NCBI GenBank assembly: GCA_002269645.1
Contig: NIVC01003403.1
Location: forward strand, 1-61,009
DNA length: 61,009 bases
Origin: Macrostomum lignano
Lineage: Eukaryota
Direction of reading: 5' to 3'
Shown: positions 35,578 through 54,269 of the stretch, in pieces
How positions within the stretch are numbered: the first letter of the stretch is position 1
How the letters are laid out: every line of letters starts with the position of its first letter
Made by a program: the position numbers and the translations under genes
Notes under the pieces: model-generated
The model's database searches: none
What the model saw: only the letters and a program-made list of their open reading frames with translations
What the model was told of the DNA's origin: nothing

Positions 35578-37074
35578 TTTTTCTCCGCCGGCCGGCACGG
35601 AGGAAGCTGTGCGGTAGATGGTGTGCAGTAGAATAAGTCGCTGAAACCGGTGGGACGAGACAAAACGGTTTGAGCTAACCTGTGTAGTCACAGCCTAGAA
35701 AAAGATATTGCACTTAAGTCGCCAATTGGATCAGCCTCTCCCCAAGCAGAAAGGCCCGAGCGCTGTTGACTCAGCCTGAGTAGCTAGCGGCAGTTTTTGC
35801 CCCAGTGCGCACACGCGGAAGAAAGCCGATCCCGCTGAAACCCTGCAAGCTGCACCCGCAGCATTGCTTTCTCTTGCGCAGAAGAAGAATGAAAATCAGA
35901 CAGACGGGGGGGGGCACAAGTAGACCGGAAGGAAGGCCAAAAAATAGTTCGCCCAACCTGCTCGCCAACCGCAAAAACCAACCAGAATACAAAGATAATC
36001 AATGAGGTGACAGGCAACTCCCCACACACAGAATTAAACTAAAAGAAAAATTTGGAAAACCTGTTTCGCCGATGAAGGTGCTGGGCTGTCAGACACGCAG
36101 GCCTCTTATTTGCACAGATGAGTCGGAAACCTGGCGCAGAATAAACTGTCTTACAGGCTGCCCATTTTGTTCCTGAAATTCATATCTGCTGCTGCGAGCT
36201 AAATAATGCGAGCCGAGCGACAATGGAATGAAAGAGTGCTTTATTTGCATTGACAACAGGTGCTGGGTATGCGGCTGGGGATGAGGGAGAAGGGATAGGG
36301 ATTGGGTAAATGAGGGGGTGAGAGCGCTGTTAAGGAGAGAACCACCGAGATCCGTGCCGTTGCCAAGCCATGCGCCGGTCGCGACTCCCACCCTACTGCT
36401 GCTATCCGTTGCGAGGCGGTTTTTTCAATAAAATGCGATTCCCCTGCCCGCGGGAGAAATGAAAATGCAGGCGGGATCTGGCAGGGAGGCGAAGCAGCGG
36501 TCGTCGTTATAGAAATTGACGGCAGCAATCTCGCTTTGATAGAAAAATGTACAGCCTAGATGGACGAATGTGTAGCTGAACCAGACCCGACAGTCCGTAT
36601 TGACGAGCGGCTGGAGAATCCTAGAACGCTTTTAATTCTGGAAGCAATCCATTAGCTAAGTCTCCTTATCAAACAGAAAAAGCGGTATCTATTTCAACAG
36701 GTCAGATGAGACTTCTCTTCACCTAAATGGTCTGAAATTAACCTGATTTGGCATTACCTGTGAGACTACGGTGCGTTTTTTGGCCAAACAGTGAAAGACA
36801 GTGAGTGCTCAACAAGTTCGACTGGTGAAAAAAATCTTGAGCGCAGATCTGAGGAGAGCAAACTGGGCGGCGGAACTGAGCTTCCAGATTCCCGATCCTC
36901 TTATTTGCTGAAATACTGAGTGACGAAATGCAGAGCTGGGGAGGGGGCGAGAAGGAGCAAAAAATGGTTGGCTGAGATCAAACTCCTCAGTTGGGATTGA
37001 ATGCTGAGTGCAGCAGTGGATTCATATTCCGTAAAAACCACTATTCCTCATTTATGCTCTCTGCAAATCCATGT

Positions 37075-39878
37075 AATCAGTGAGCTGAGCAGTGAGTGCT
37101 CTAATAAGTGAACTGAGCAGTGATCTCTAATCAGTGAGCTGAGCAGTGCTCTCTAATCAGTGAGCTGAGCAGTGAGTGCTCTAATAAGTGAACTGAGCAG
37201 TGATCTCTAATCAGTGAGCTGAGCAGTGCTCTCTAATCAGTGAGCTGAGCAGTGAGTGCTCTAATCAGTGAGCTGAGCAGTGATCTCTAATCAGTGAGCT
37301 GAGCAGTGCTCTCTAATCAGTGAGCTGAGCAGTGAGTGCTCTAATCAGTGAGCTGAGCAGTGATCTCTAATCAGTGAGCTGAGCAGTGATCTCTAATCAG
37401 TGAGCTGAGCAGTGCTCTCTAATCAGTGAGCTGAGCAGTGAGTGCTCTAATCAGTGAGCTGAGCAGTGATCTCTAATCAGTGAGCTGAGCAGTGCTCTCT
37501 AATCAGTGAGCTGAGCAGTGAGTGCTCTAATCAGTGAGCTGAGCAGTGATCTCTAATCAGTGAGCTGAGCAGTGCTCTCTAACCAGTGAGCTGAGCAGTG
37601 CTCTAATCAGTGAGCTGAGCAGTGCTCTCTAATCAGTGAGCTGAGCAGTGCTCTCTAATCAGTGAGCTGAGCAGTGAGTGCTCTAATCAGTGAGCTGAGC
37701 AGTGATCTCTAATCAGTGAGCTGAGCAGTGCTCTCTAATCAGTGAGCTGAGCAGTGCTCTCTAATCAGTGAGCTGAGCAGTGCTCTCTAATCAGTGAGCT
37801 GAGCAGTGCTCTCTAATCAGTGAGCTGAGCAGTGCTATCTAATCAGTGAGCTGAGCAGTGCTCTCTAATCAGTGAGCTGAGCAGTGCTCTCTAACCAGTG
37901 AGCTGAGCAGTGCTCTCTAACCAGTGAGCTGAGCAGTGCTCTCTAATCAGTGAGCTGAGCAGTGATCTCTAATCAGTGAGCTGAGCAGTGCTCTAATCAG
38001 TGAGCTGAGCAGTGAGTGCTCTAATCAGTGAGCTGAGCAGTGAGTGCTCTAATCAGTGAGCTGAGCAGTGAGTGCTCTAATCAGTGAGCTGAGCAGTGCT
38101 CTCTAATCAGTGAGCTGAGCAGTGCTCTCTAATCAGTGAGCTGAGCAGTGCTCTCTAATCAGTGAGCTGAGCAGTGCTCTCTAATCAGTGAGCTGAGCAG
38201 TGATCTCTAATCAGTGAGCTGAGCAGTGCTCTCTAATCAGTGAGCTGAGCAGTGCTCTCTAATCAGTGAGCTGAGCAGTGCTCTCTAATCAGTGAGCTGA
38301 GCAGTGCTATCTAATCAGTGAGCTGAGCAGTGCTCTCTAATCAGTGAGCTGAGCAGTGCTCTCTAACCAGTGAGCTGAGCAGTGCTCTCTAACCAGTGAG
38401 CTGAGCAGTGCTCTCTAATCAGTGAGCTGAGCAGTGATCTCTAATCAGTGAGCTGAGCAGTGCTCTAATCAGTGAGCTGAGCAGTGAGTGCTCTAATCAG
38501 TGAGCTGAGCAGTGAGTGCTCTAATCAGTGAGCTGAGCAGTGCTCTCTAATCAGTGAGCTGAGCAGTGAGTGCTCTAATCAGTGAGCTGAGCAGTGCTCT
38601 CTAATCAGTGAGCTGAGCAGTGCTCTCTAATCAGTGAGCTGAGCAGTGCTCTCTAATCAGTGAGCTGAGCAGTGCTCTCTAACCAGTGAGCTGAGCAGTG
38701 CTCTCTAATCAGTGAGCTGAGCAGTGCTCTCTAATCAGTGAGCTGAGCAGTGCTCTCTAACCAGTGAGCTGAGCAGTGCTCTCTAATCAGTGAGCTGAGC
38801 AGTGATCTCTAATCAGTGAGCTGAGCAGTGCTCTCTAATCAGTGAGCTGAGCAGTGAGTGCTCTAATCAGTGAGCTGAGCAGTGCTCTCTAATCAGTGAG
38901 CTGAGCAGTGCTCTCTAATCAGTGAGCTGAGCAGTGCTCTCTAATCAGTGAGCTGAGCAGTGCTCTCTAACCAGTGAGCTGAGCAGTGCTCTCTAATCAG
39001 TGAGCTGAGCAGTGCTCTCTAATCAGTGAGCTGAGCAGTGCTCTCTAATCAGTGAGCTGAGCAGTGCTCTCTAATCAGTGAGCTGAGCAGTGAGTGCTCT
39101 AATCAGTGAGCTGAGCAGTGCTCTCTAATCAGTGAGCTGAGCAGTGCTCTCTAATCAGTGAGCTGAGCAGTGAGTGCTCTAATCAGTGAGCTGAGCAGTG
39201 CTCTCTAATCAGTGAGCTGAGCAGTGCTATCTAATCAGTGAGCTGAGCAGTGCTCTCTAATCAGTGAGCTGAGCAGTGCTCTCTAACCAGTGAGCTGAGC
39301 AGTGCTCTCTAATCAGTGAGCTGAGCAGTGCTCTCTAACCAGTGAGCTGAGCAGTGCTCTCTAATCAGTGAGCTGAGCAGTGATCTCTAATCAGTGAGCT
39401 GAGCAGTGCTCTCTAATCAGTGAGCTGAGCAGTTAGTGCTCTAATCAGTGAGCTGAGCAGTGCTCTCTAATCAGTGAGCTGAGCAGTGCTCTCTAATCAG
39501 TGAGCTGAGCAGTGAGTGCTCTAATCAGTGAGCTGAGCAGTGCTCTAATCAGTGAGCTGAGCAGTGCTCTCTAATCAGTGAGCTGAGCAGTGCTCTCTAC
39601 TCAGTGAGCTGAGCAGTGAGTGCTCTAATCAGTGAGCTGAGCAGTGAGTGCTCTAATCAGTGAGCTGAGCAGTGCTCTCTAATCAGTGAGCTGAGCAGTG
39701 CTCTCTAATCAGTGAGCTGAGCAGTGCTCTCTAACCAGTGAGCTGAGCAGTGCTCTCTAATCAGTGAGCTGAGCAGTGATCTCTAATCAGTGAGCTGAGC
39801 AGTGCTCTCTAATCAGTGAGCTGAGCAGTGCTATCTAATCAGTGAGCTGAGCAGTGCTCTCTAATCAGTGAGCTGAGC
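37075..39878. repeat. About 26 bp minisatellite CAGTGAGCTGAGCAGTGCTCTCTAAT, about 105 copies
   Basis: 2.8-kb array with 24/25/26/28-nt variant units. Confidence 0.97.
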
Positions 39879-40415
39879 AATCTAAGCAGGGAGCTGAGCA
39901 GACGAAGTTCTCGGCAGCAGAAATAGACTTGGTGTCTGTCCAGCAGCTGAGCTCTCCACTTTCATTGGCTCTGCTCTGCTCTGTGCTCAACTGTAATGAA
40001 AGAGAAAATGAGCCAAGTGAGAATACTGAAAGGTTCTGGCTGGGACAAGCGTTCCTCATCCGGCTTTCTCACTCTCGCTGCACTACTCTCACTACGGTCA
40101 AAGTCTAATTTTGAAAGCTTTCGCACAGTGGCACAGAGAGAAAATACATTGCAGAAAAGGAAATGATTGAAGTGTAAATAGACTGACACTTGGCGCAGGC
40201 TGAAAGTTTTGAAATCATGTCATGGTGCCGTGGGAGTGAGAAATGAGCATAGCAGCTCAGAGTTGTGAAATATTTTAAATGTAAATTGCTTATAATTTTA
40301 GTACTCCAGTTTGAAGTACTTCCCAGTTGAATTAGTTTTAAAATAGTTTTTGTTTTAAGTTGCAAGCTAGCAAAACAGAAGAAGTGACTAAAGGCAGTAT
40401 AGTTGTTAGACTTTA

Positions 40416-40653
40416 GTCTTGCCCATAGACATAGACGGAGACGGAGAAAAGCAAGCAACTTGATGATTCGGCCATAGACATCAGCAATAAGAAACACGCC
40501 AGCAGCAGCCTCTCTTATAGTCTGCTGCTTTTAAATTTTTAAGCTCATGCTCAAACACCGAATATTGTGTAGTAAAGATCAGAACTATCAACTTGGTTAC
40601 ATACGCTCGTATACATAGAATTATCCATCTATGTCTATGTCTATGGGCAAGAC
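40416..40653. mobile_element. About 240-bp MITE-like element
   Basis: Perfect 21-bp inverted repeat GTCTTGCCCATAGACATAGAC (40416-40436 / 40633-40653). Confidence 0.7.
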
Positions 40654-40959
40654 CAAATCCACTGCTGCCAAATGAGTGATCTCATCTTGGCTGACTTAAT
40701 TTTCACCTTGTCTGACAACAGCAATACTTTTCCCTGGGCTAAAAGTTTTTACTACAGCTTTTTACAGTCAGTTTGAGCTTAGGAGCAGGTGACTTAATCC
40801 AGAGTGGCAGAGCGCTACACTCAAGACAGCTGCTGTCCCCAGTCTATGGCCCAAAAGTTTGACTCGTGAGCAAAGACTTAATCTTTGGAGCATTCAACTC
40901 AGTCCTCTCATGTCTGCTAAAACGCTTACCGTCGCCTTTTAACCTAAAAATCAGCAACA

Positions 40960-41375
40960 ATATGAGCTTGAAAGTTGAAGATAGCGACATCAGCTCTGAA
41001 TGAAACAAGCTCCAGACGATCAGGGTGACGGCGCGCAACCAAGAACATGGACAATGATCTGTGATGATGACATGCACAGCCTAACCATCGAAGCCTTGGA
41101 CAGAGGTGAGCGACCGCGGTTGATATCGCGAAATGAACCGAAGATTAGCTTCTATGAAGTCGCCTCGTTGCAGGTGTTGCGGAGCATCTCCAAAAGTGCC
41201 CTCCGAGACCAGGTGGATCTGCTCCTGGACCATTGCCAGCGCGTGATTGAAGCCAATGGACACTACGTTACTGATTAGAGTTAAAATTTTTCATGTTTTC
41301 ACCTGTTTGCTTTTCTAGGGGTATAGGCGACAAGACTTTTGTTCCACCTGTAGTACTTTATTGCTTTACGATAAT
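40960..41375 (+). mobile_element. Internally deleted Tc1/mariner transposase remnant
   Basis: HTH-region-like VTARNQE..MICDDDMHSLTIEAL joined to a C-terminal-like VLRSISKSALRDQVDLLLDHCQRVIEANGHYVTD*; ends in a TIR-like ...GTTCCACCTGTA. No catalytic core and no left TIR found. Confidence 0.45.
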
Positions 41376-42236
41376 AAGAATGAAGCCAGGATCCAAAAAG
41401 GCTAAGAATGGATTGAGTGAATGCTCCCAAGAATCCCAAGATTGAGTCTTTGCTCACCAGCCAAAATTTTGAGCCATTGACTAAGGGCAGCACGGCAGCT
41501 GTCTTGTGTGCAGCGCTCTGCCACTTTGGATTAAGTCAACTGCTCCTAAGCTCAAAGTTACTGTAAAAAGCTACTCAAAATCCGTTACTCAAAATCGAAA
41601 AAGTTTTGGTAGAGTTACCGATGAATTCAAATATTTTTACCGGTATTTTCACCAAACGATAAGCCGCGATATTCCAACACTGCTACGCAAGTTTTATTCG
41701 CAATCAGGGAATTGAAGAGTAAGGAAAATTGTACATGTATAGTTACACTCTTTAAAAGGAGGTACGCTAGTAGTTCAGTGCGGTAGGATTTAAATACAGC
41801 TACCCTTTACAAGACGCATGGCTCGTATTTACGACTAAGAGTTACGCGAATCTTCGTAAAGTGCGATGACTGCAATAGCAAACTTGTAGATTGAATGGCT
41901 CGTAAGATTACATGTAAATACGTACGAGGGATAACCCAACTTTGGAAACCTAAAAAACACGAGGGCATCCCTGCTTTGCTCGTAAAACAAAGCAAACCAG
42001 AAAATTGAAACATTCCAATGTTCACACTTTGTTCGCATACTCTACGAAGACTACTAATAGTAATGGGAATATTCTCTGAAAAAGCCTGTGACACGCTTTC
42101 TAAATTGTTTTAAGTAGTAATATAGCGAAGTACGGAACCCGAAAGAGTAAAGTGGTACGTGTATACTTTCTCAGCGCTCGCTATGAACACGCCAGTGTCA
42201 AAGTTTGCTCACTAATGTTTCTCTGGAACAATTTGA

Positions 42237-44905
42237 TCACTCTTCTTTCTGGTCTTCAGCATCACCCTCGACCTCGTCGCCCTCTTCTTCCGGGTAGGAG
42301 AGAAGGCTGTATGCTTTGTAGCACAACACTAACGATATAACGTTCAGAATAAGCATGAACAAAAATACCAGCCAGGACACGAACTGCAGAGACCCGCCAA
42401 TCAGCGGTCCGACTAGAATCGCTACTGCGATGACTGTCCTGTAGACGCCCTGGGCCATGTCCATCTCCACCACAGGCAGACTTTTGCTGTAAATGCTCTC
42501 CGGAATGGCGAACGTGGCCGGCATGCCGATGACATGGAGCACGATGCCCGTCAACACCAGTGTGATGTAGAGCGTCGGCTTGTTGCGGTCCACAAACATG
42601 AGGGCCATGCAGTTCCAAAAGTAGGCACCAATGAGCAGACCAATACTGCACATGAGCAAGAAGCGGTCCTCGAATCTTCCCAACAAGAAGCGCAGTACAA
42701 CAAATACAAGAATCACAAGGACACCAGCGCCCAAGTACACCAGACTTGTGTACAGTTCGTCCCAAGCGAAATAGCGGTTGGCAAGCGGAGGCAATACAGC
42801 CTCCAGTGCCATTAGATTAAAGTAGCTAGAGAATGTAATAAAGATCATAGCGAAAGTGTCCAATTTGAAGTACATGCGCAGGTTTTCGATGCTACACAAC
42901 TGCTGAACTCGATCGGACACTCCCTGGTCTGTAGTCGGAGGCGGTGGCGGCGGTGCTGGCGACGCCTGTTCGGTGGCCACAGACGGCCTCTGAGTGGGCT
43001 GGACCGTTGTGTCTGGCGATTCACGGGCCACACCGCGGCGAAATCGGCTCTGGCTCACATTCGGGTAGGCGGCAATGATGGCAATTGTGTGAATCGCCCA
43101 CAACAGGGCCATTACTAGTCCCGGGGAGTTGTAAACATCGATGACGAAGTGCCGGACTTTGTACCGAATCGGGTGCATCAGTAGTGTCAGAGCTGGACCT
43201 GATCAGGTGTTTATGCGATGGGGTGGTTAAAATAGAAAGTACATTATTCAGCCACATCCAGCGCTGAGGTCATTCCGCCCATTTCACTGACTCACAAGAC
43301 TCGTGAGCGCATACATTTACGAGTGCACGGATACTGTACGCTAGCACCCACGTGACCATGACTTTCTAATCATAAGACATGTACACCCTCTGTGCGTTGG
43401 GGGTTGGCTGCTGAGTATTTTGTGGGCTGCTGTGTGTACGAGCCGTAAATTCAGACTTTTACTGCAGTAGTCTGCCATTTTTTTTCGATTACTGATTTTA
43501 AAATAATGACTTCAGAGGCTGGGCTGAATAAAGTTTCTGATTGATTCTTGAGTAAAAGGCATTTTTAGTAGCTACCAACAGTCGAAAGGTTATTTAATAG
43601 CCATAGCAAGCAGCAAAAATATCAATAGCAGTATTTAAATACTGCAGTAATTGTTCTTGTATAATTCTAGGGCTATCGTAGGGGTTGTAAAGTATTTTGT
43701 TTGCTCTTGCTTTGCCCTAAGCGCGGTGAGAGCTGTGCAGTCCAATTGTGAGAATGGGAAATATCCCTACGGTTGCAATCCCTGAGTTCGGACGCACTTG
43801 CTCAGCATTAGTATTTCTCAAACGCATTTACGCCCCCCGCCATCGATCTGCGGACCCGCCTGGCAACTCCTGTAAGGGTTTGCCTGAAAAATGTCTCGAG
43901 AAATCCACATGCGGGTTAGCGAGCAGCGTGCTTAGCAGGACAGCGTTTCCTGTATGATCTTCGTGGAGGAGTGGGAATCGTATGCATTGACAGAGGAGAT
44001 CAGTGAGAAGACACTGGGTTGAGCAGACTGAATGCAGAGTAAGCACGTAAATGCATGGGCTTTCTCTGTCGAACCAGGACGCGACTATGGGAAAAACTTG
44101 TTGCACAATGATCAGTAAGGCACGGCTTCAAGCAAGAATAGGATGCAGTCAAGCTCACGGGTATTCGTCACAATCCGTTTGTTTCGACCAGTTATCGCCC
44201 CATTTGATGGCGTTAGTACTCATAAAACTTACTTTCATGGTAAAAAATCATAAAATATTCGATGCCTAGAAACTATTTTGACTCCTTACCTGCAATAAGC
44301 CCAAACTGCCTGGACACCAGCAGGTACACCATGACGGTAGTACGTTCCTTCTTCGACGTTACGCGAACAACGTCGGCGTAGAGCGGCGGCTCAGCCCCAG
44401 CCCCCGCTCCGGCCACAAATCGGCCGAGAAACACCAGCCAGGGATAGGGCGCAACAAAGTAGATGAGGTTGCCAGCAATCTCCAGCTGGTTAGCTATGAT
44501 TAGCAGCAGTTTGACCCGGATGTAGCCCTGCTGAGCAATCCAACCGTACATGGGAGTGCAGAACAGTGACGATATGTTGAATGCTGCCAAGGTAGCGCCG
44601 TAGAACTGCACGGCAGCCGACATGTCGAACTTGGTGTAAAAGTACAACCAGAGTGTGGGCAAAATGATGGCCCGCTCCACGCCGCTCAGGAGGCCCCAGA
44701 CAGCGCCGATGGCGATGACGCGAGTCCTAGCTGAGCTGTCGAGTTGGAGCTTTGTTCGGCAAGCGTCGAGGCACCCGGGACTGCAGCAGGCGCAGCAAGC
44801 GCAGCAGACAGCGGGCTCTTTATCGGTCACCAAAGGCCGGCTCTCTCCTCTGCGCTCGTCCACTGGATCCGATGGTGAAGATGCTGTTTCTTCCGGTGTA
44901 GCCAT
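42237..44905 (-). CDS. Major facilitator superfamily transporter (MFSD8/CLN7-like), 2 coding exons, 525 aa
   Basis: Exons 44905-44290 and 43198-42237 (GCAG|GTAAGG, ATCAG|GT; phase 1). About 12 hydrophobic segments, FLGRFVAGAGAG motif, GRFEDR loop motif. MFSD8 subfamily assignment is by resemblance only. Confidence 0.88.
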
Positions 44906-45215
44906 GATTCCCTCGACGACTAGCCGTGCAGGTGGATTCTATGATTGCGGATAGAATATAATATAGAGCGGACTGGCATTGCATGTGTAGGAAATTAGGA
45001 ACGAGCTGAAAAGACGCGTTCCTTTCGGGAGTACAAAAGTTGCCTGCCGAATGTTTTCCGTTGAAGATCGCCCATGTTTGCATTTCATCCACATTAACTT
45101 ACATGTACTCGTATTTACGAGTGTTACTTACTTACTTACTACTGACGGGGGGCGCAGGCGCCGCGAATAGGCCGCGAGGCCCCTATCGCAACCCCAAGGT
45201 AAAAGAGCACAAGGA

Positions 45216-50299
<5,084 letters not shown>

Positions 50300-51028
50300 T
50301 TAATAAAAATTACATACTATAGTAATGCGCTCTCCACTCAATATTACCTTACTTTATAGACACCTAATACATAGATTTAAATCTTTAAATCACATTTATT
50401 TCTTTTAATTGGTCCTATTGATCACGTGATCCCAAGCCCAGAAATCCTCTCAAACCCGTTGCTTGTAAAAATGAGAAATTAAAAGATTAAATTTGAAGAC
50501 CTCGTATAAAGAACTTCTGATCCTCTGATTTGACTTTCATGCTCGTAAATACATGTAAATTTATAATGTGGATGAAATGCAAATGTGGGCAATCTTCGGA
50601 GGGAAAATTTAATAGACCGGTTCCTTCCTACTGAAGCGCAAGTACACAGAGTTCTTACCTCTTGATAGCTTTCAAACTAGTTGGATTGTCGTCTCTTCAG
50701 CCTTGGCCCCGTCGTGGGTGTCTCTCATAAAAGCTTGGTCTGATCGAGAGACAACTCAAAATGCTTTTTATTTCGCAACTGTTGCAGGGTCAGTCAGTGG
50801 AATCAACCAATCGCAGAAATTTTTCTCTCCCCCACTTACTTGAATTGCATTTAACTCGCGCTGCCTTGCCCCAGGGTTCTTTTTTCCAAGATTTTGTTCG
50901 ACTTTTCTCCAAGCTTTAGTGCTCAACGTCCACATTGAGTATTTGGGTACCGCATACTACTTTCTTCTATTCGACAAAATACAAAAGAAAGGCTATTGGG
51001 AGCTTTGTAGTAACACATTGATTCATGA

Positions 51029-51314
51029 GGGAGCACGAGAAATGCCCGCCGAAATTTGCCCGCGGGAGATTTGCCCGTCGAGCTTTTCCCGCCGAGATTT
51101 GCCCGCAATGCTTTTTTCATGCAGCGCATTTGGAAGCTTAGATTCTGTCTGCATTGCCTCCCCCCAAAAATATGAATTTGATATGCACGTTTTGATCGTG
51201 TAAAATCTCTTTATTTAGACTTACTAAGCATTAGCAGAAAAAAAGCATTGCGGGCAAACCTCGGCGGGAAAAAACTCAGCGGGCAATTCGTCTGCGGGCA
51301 ATTCTCATGGACCC
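51029..51314. mobile_element. 286-bp Mutator (MULE)-like MITE
   Basis: Perfect 9-bp TSD GATTCATGA (51020-51028 and 51315-51323); GGG...CCC termini; about 90-bp imperfect TIRs with repeated TTTGCCCGC. Confidence 0.88.
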
Positions 51315-51497
51315 GATTCATGATGCCAATGTCAAATTCATGCTCGTGTTACACAATAAGTCGTTGACTCGTTATAAATCTTTAAGTTCTGTAAATGCCA
51401 GGTTTTACAAGGAAATTTAATTATTTGCTACATTTCTGCTACAATCTGAGCAGAATAGAGAATATCCAGCCATTCTTACTTCATTTTGTTTGCTGTA

Positions 51498-51780
51498 GGG
51501 ATTTGCTGTCTAGTGGTTAGAGCGTCAGACCAACGTCTGAAAGGTCGGGGGTTCGATTCTCGACCCACTAGAAACAACTTGTGTAATTGAGCAAGTCACT
51601 TAACTCTGCATTGCTTCAGTTCACCCAGCTGTAAAATGGGTGCCAGCATTAGCTGGGGTAATTGAGGGTGTGTGGTGATCCCCCAGCCCTTGGACTGAAC
51701 AGCCGTACGCAGCCTTCAGATGCGCCGAGCAATAGCTGCGGCTGAGCTGTCGGTTGCACATCTGCCCATTAGGGCAGGTG
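51498..51780 (+). mobile_element. tRNA-derived SINE with CORE-like domain (copy 1)
   Basis: A box TAGTGGTTAGAGC and B box GGTTCGATTC, then GAGCAAGTCACTTAACTCT..GCTTCAGTTCACCCAGCTGTAAAATGGG, which resembles the MIR/CORE consensus. 3' end approximate. Confidence 0.8.
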
Positions 51781-51949
51781 ACGTAATATTAAAATAGGAT
51801 ATGGTCGCAGAATTTTCCTGAGACATGGGCTAAGCATACCCTCTTATTATAATTATACATTTTTGCTGTGACAGGATACAGCCAGTGAGGATTATGCGTG
51901 AAAAAAAAATTATAATTGACATCGGCGTGGGGATTTTGATTGAGCTAGT

Positions 51950-52066
51950 TATTACAGACTTATTACAGACTTAAACAGACGTATTACAGAATTATTACAG
52001 AGTTATTACAGATTTATTACAGACTTATTACAGACTTATTACAGACTTATTACAGACTTATTACAG
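51950..52066. repeat. (TTATTACAGAC)n 11-bp tandem repeat
   Basis: About 10 units visible. Confidence 0.9.
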
Positions 52067-52509
52067 GCAGACATCGTAATCTTGATGAAATGAAGGTTCA
52101 CAAACAGTTCATCTTAAGCATTCAGGCGTCGATATGTGTACGGCAAAGGATGCGCTGGTCTCGCCCCATGCTGGCTATATAGGCTTCGTCAACGTCAACA
52201 AGCGCATGATAGGAAACTTTGGCTCCCAGTTCCGACTCACTGGTGATGTCTGAGAAACCACATGCAGAAGTCACTACGAACTGGTTGCAAGGATACTGAA
52301 GTGGATGAAGGACGGGAAAGTACGTTTCTTGGAAAGTTTTAGGAGGCAGGTTTCAACGAAAAAAATACGAATACATTACACATGTACGTAGAACTAAGGA
52401 GGTTTTTTATTTTTGGCTCAAAATTTGTAATTAATTTCGATAGCAAGCAGATCCGATGTTGTGTTCATATTTTGATATGACTGCCTTTCTTAAGTTACTG
52501 CTCTATATT

Positions 52510-52924
52510 CAGGGGCGTCGCCATGGATTTTTTGGTGGGGGGGAGCCAAGAATTCTACATATATCATGTACATGACTAAATTCCTACTACATGTACATTA
52601 GTTTCAGAATCGGTGTAGTCAGCACTCATTTTAACGCTACAGGCTAGGCACTCATTTTGGCGCCGCAAGCACTTATTTTGGCGCCGCAGGCACTCATTTT
52701 GGTGCCGCAAGCACTTATTTTGGCGCCGCAGGCATTCATTTTGGCGCCGCAAGCACTTATTTTGGCGCCGCAGGCATTCATTTTGGCGCCGCAAGCACTT
52801 TTTTTAGCGCCGTAGGCACTATGTTTGTCGCCCTGCAGCAAAATTATTGATTTCCATAACGGGTCACAAGGTGGGGTGGGGGACATGTCCAGTCCCCTTG
52901 TCCCCCCCCGTTGGCGACGCCCTG
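52510..52924. mobile_element. hAT-like MITE with internal 21-bp tandem repeat (copy 2)
   Basis: CAGGGGCGTCGCCA...TGGCGACGCCCTG termini; homologous to 21217-21690 including the (GCACTCATTTTGGCGCCGCAG)n block; TSD only partial. Confidence 0.8.
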
Positions 52925-54269
52925 TCTATTGATAGTCGTAGAGCTTTTTTGTTCTTAAAATTAGGATTCTGTGCTAATTTTATATCCTACATGTACATAC
53001 TGTATACGTAAATTATACATGTACGCGCTCAGCTGGACTCAGTATTCGTTTATGTCTATGAATTTTTATTATCATTCTTGGCGTCCTGCCGTCCTCTGGA
53101 GCTCTTGTTGAAAAACAGGAATTTTGCTGAACGTTAGGCAATCACGATGATCTGCCTAAAATCGAGAGTTCAGACTGCATGGGCACACAAGGGCCACTGT
53201 ATTTGTGAGCACATCGGCGTTGACATGATCTCGGCCAGCGGGGTGCTCTCCACACTGAGAAATCACACTAGCTGCAAGCTGGTCCTACCAGCGAGGTCTG
53301 CGACTGCAGACACTTTTAAGTTGTCGACGTCAATAGTTGCTAACCACTTGAGCCAGCATGCCTACTTTGGCTCCCCGGGAGTGGCGTATTGGCTAGTAAC
53401 TGCCTAAATGTTATGTTATACCTACATGTGTCTAGATAATTCAAGTTGATACATGTATGTATGTATACCAACGTTTAAGAATATGTGCTGTCCCATATTC
53501 AGGATTTCATGTAGTATTTGCAACAAGTTTATAATCAGTATGGCAAGTAAATTTACACAAGTATACTCAAAAGAATATTTAATTTATTATTAATTGACAC
53601 GTCAATTACCTTGGTACATAGTTGATGTTTGTTTCGCAGTTGTGTCTTTTCCTAGAAGTGGAAAATTCGAGAAACATAGAAGTGTGTTTGCTACAGTTTG
53701 GACTTTCCTAGGTCAAAAAAGATGTAACTTAGTTGCGGCAGATGTGGGATGTTGGTATGGTCAGCGCTGAAGTGTAAAGCTAAAAATTTATTTTTTTATC
53801 GTGCTGGTTTTCTGCAAAAAATTAAAAATTCACCGCTTTTTAAAAAAAACAATTCAAAATATAACTCACTTTAATTTTCCTGTCTAATATGGCTTTAATG
53901 TTTCGCAAACATTTGTTAAAAATGAAACCTAATTGAAAAGAAACCTTGAAACCTCGGCGGCAGAAACAGAAATTTTTTTAACTCCAAAAACTCAGCAGTG
54001 TTACAAACGCCATTGAGTATTTTACCTTTACCTTAAAATCCTATTTCAACAAATCAGTTCAGTCAAAATTCCTTTCTCTAGAAAATTGTCATTAACTTTC
54101 TCTTTTTGTCTTGACTTAATGGCACGATCCGTCGAATTATTGACACTTCTTAGATTCTAGTACGAAACATTGACATATCGTCATAGATTTAGGCTCTAGG
54201 CCTACTTTTACTATTGCGAATTCTTAGATTCTTTGCTCCAGTAAGCCGTATCTTTGCATACTGTTTAGA

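Noticed and set aside
51498-51570. Possible tRNA gene
   Set aside because: The acceptor stem is not formed, and the sequence continues into a CORE-like body shared with 56188-56330, so it is a SINE head.
52110-53407. Two plus-strand segments encoding GVDM-containing peptides
   Set aside because: I could not assemble a phase-consistent gene or recognise a family; the similarity is too short.
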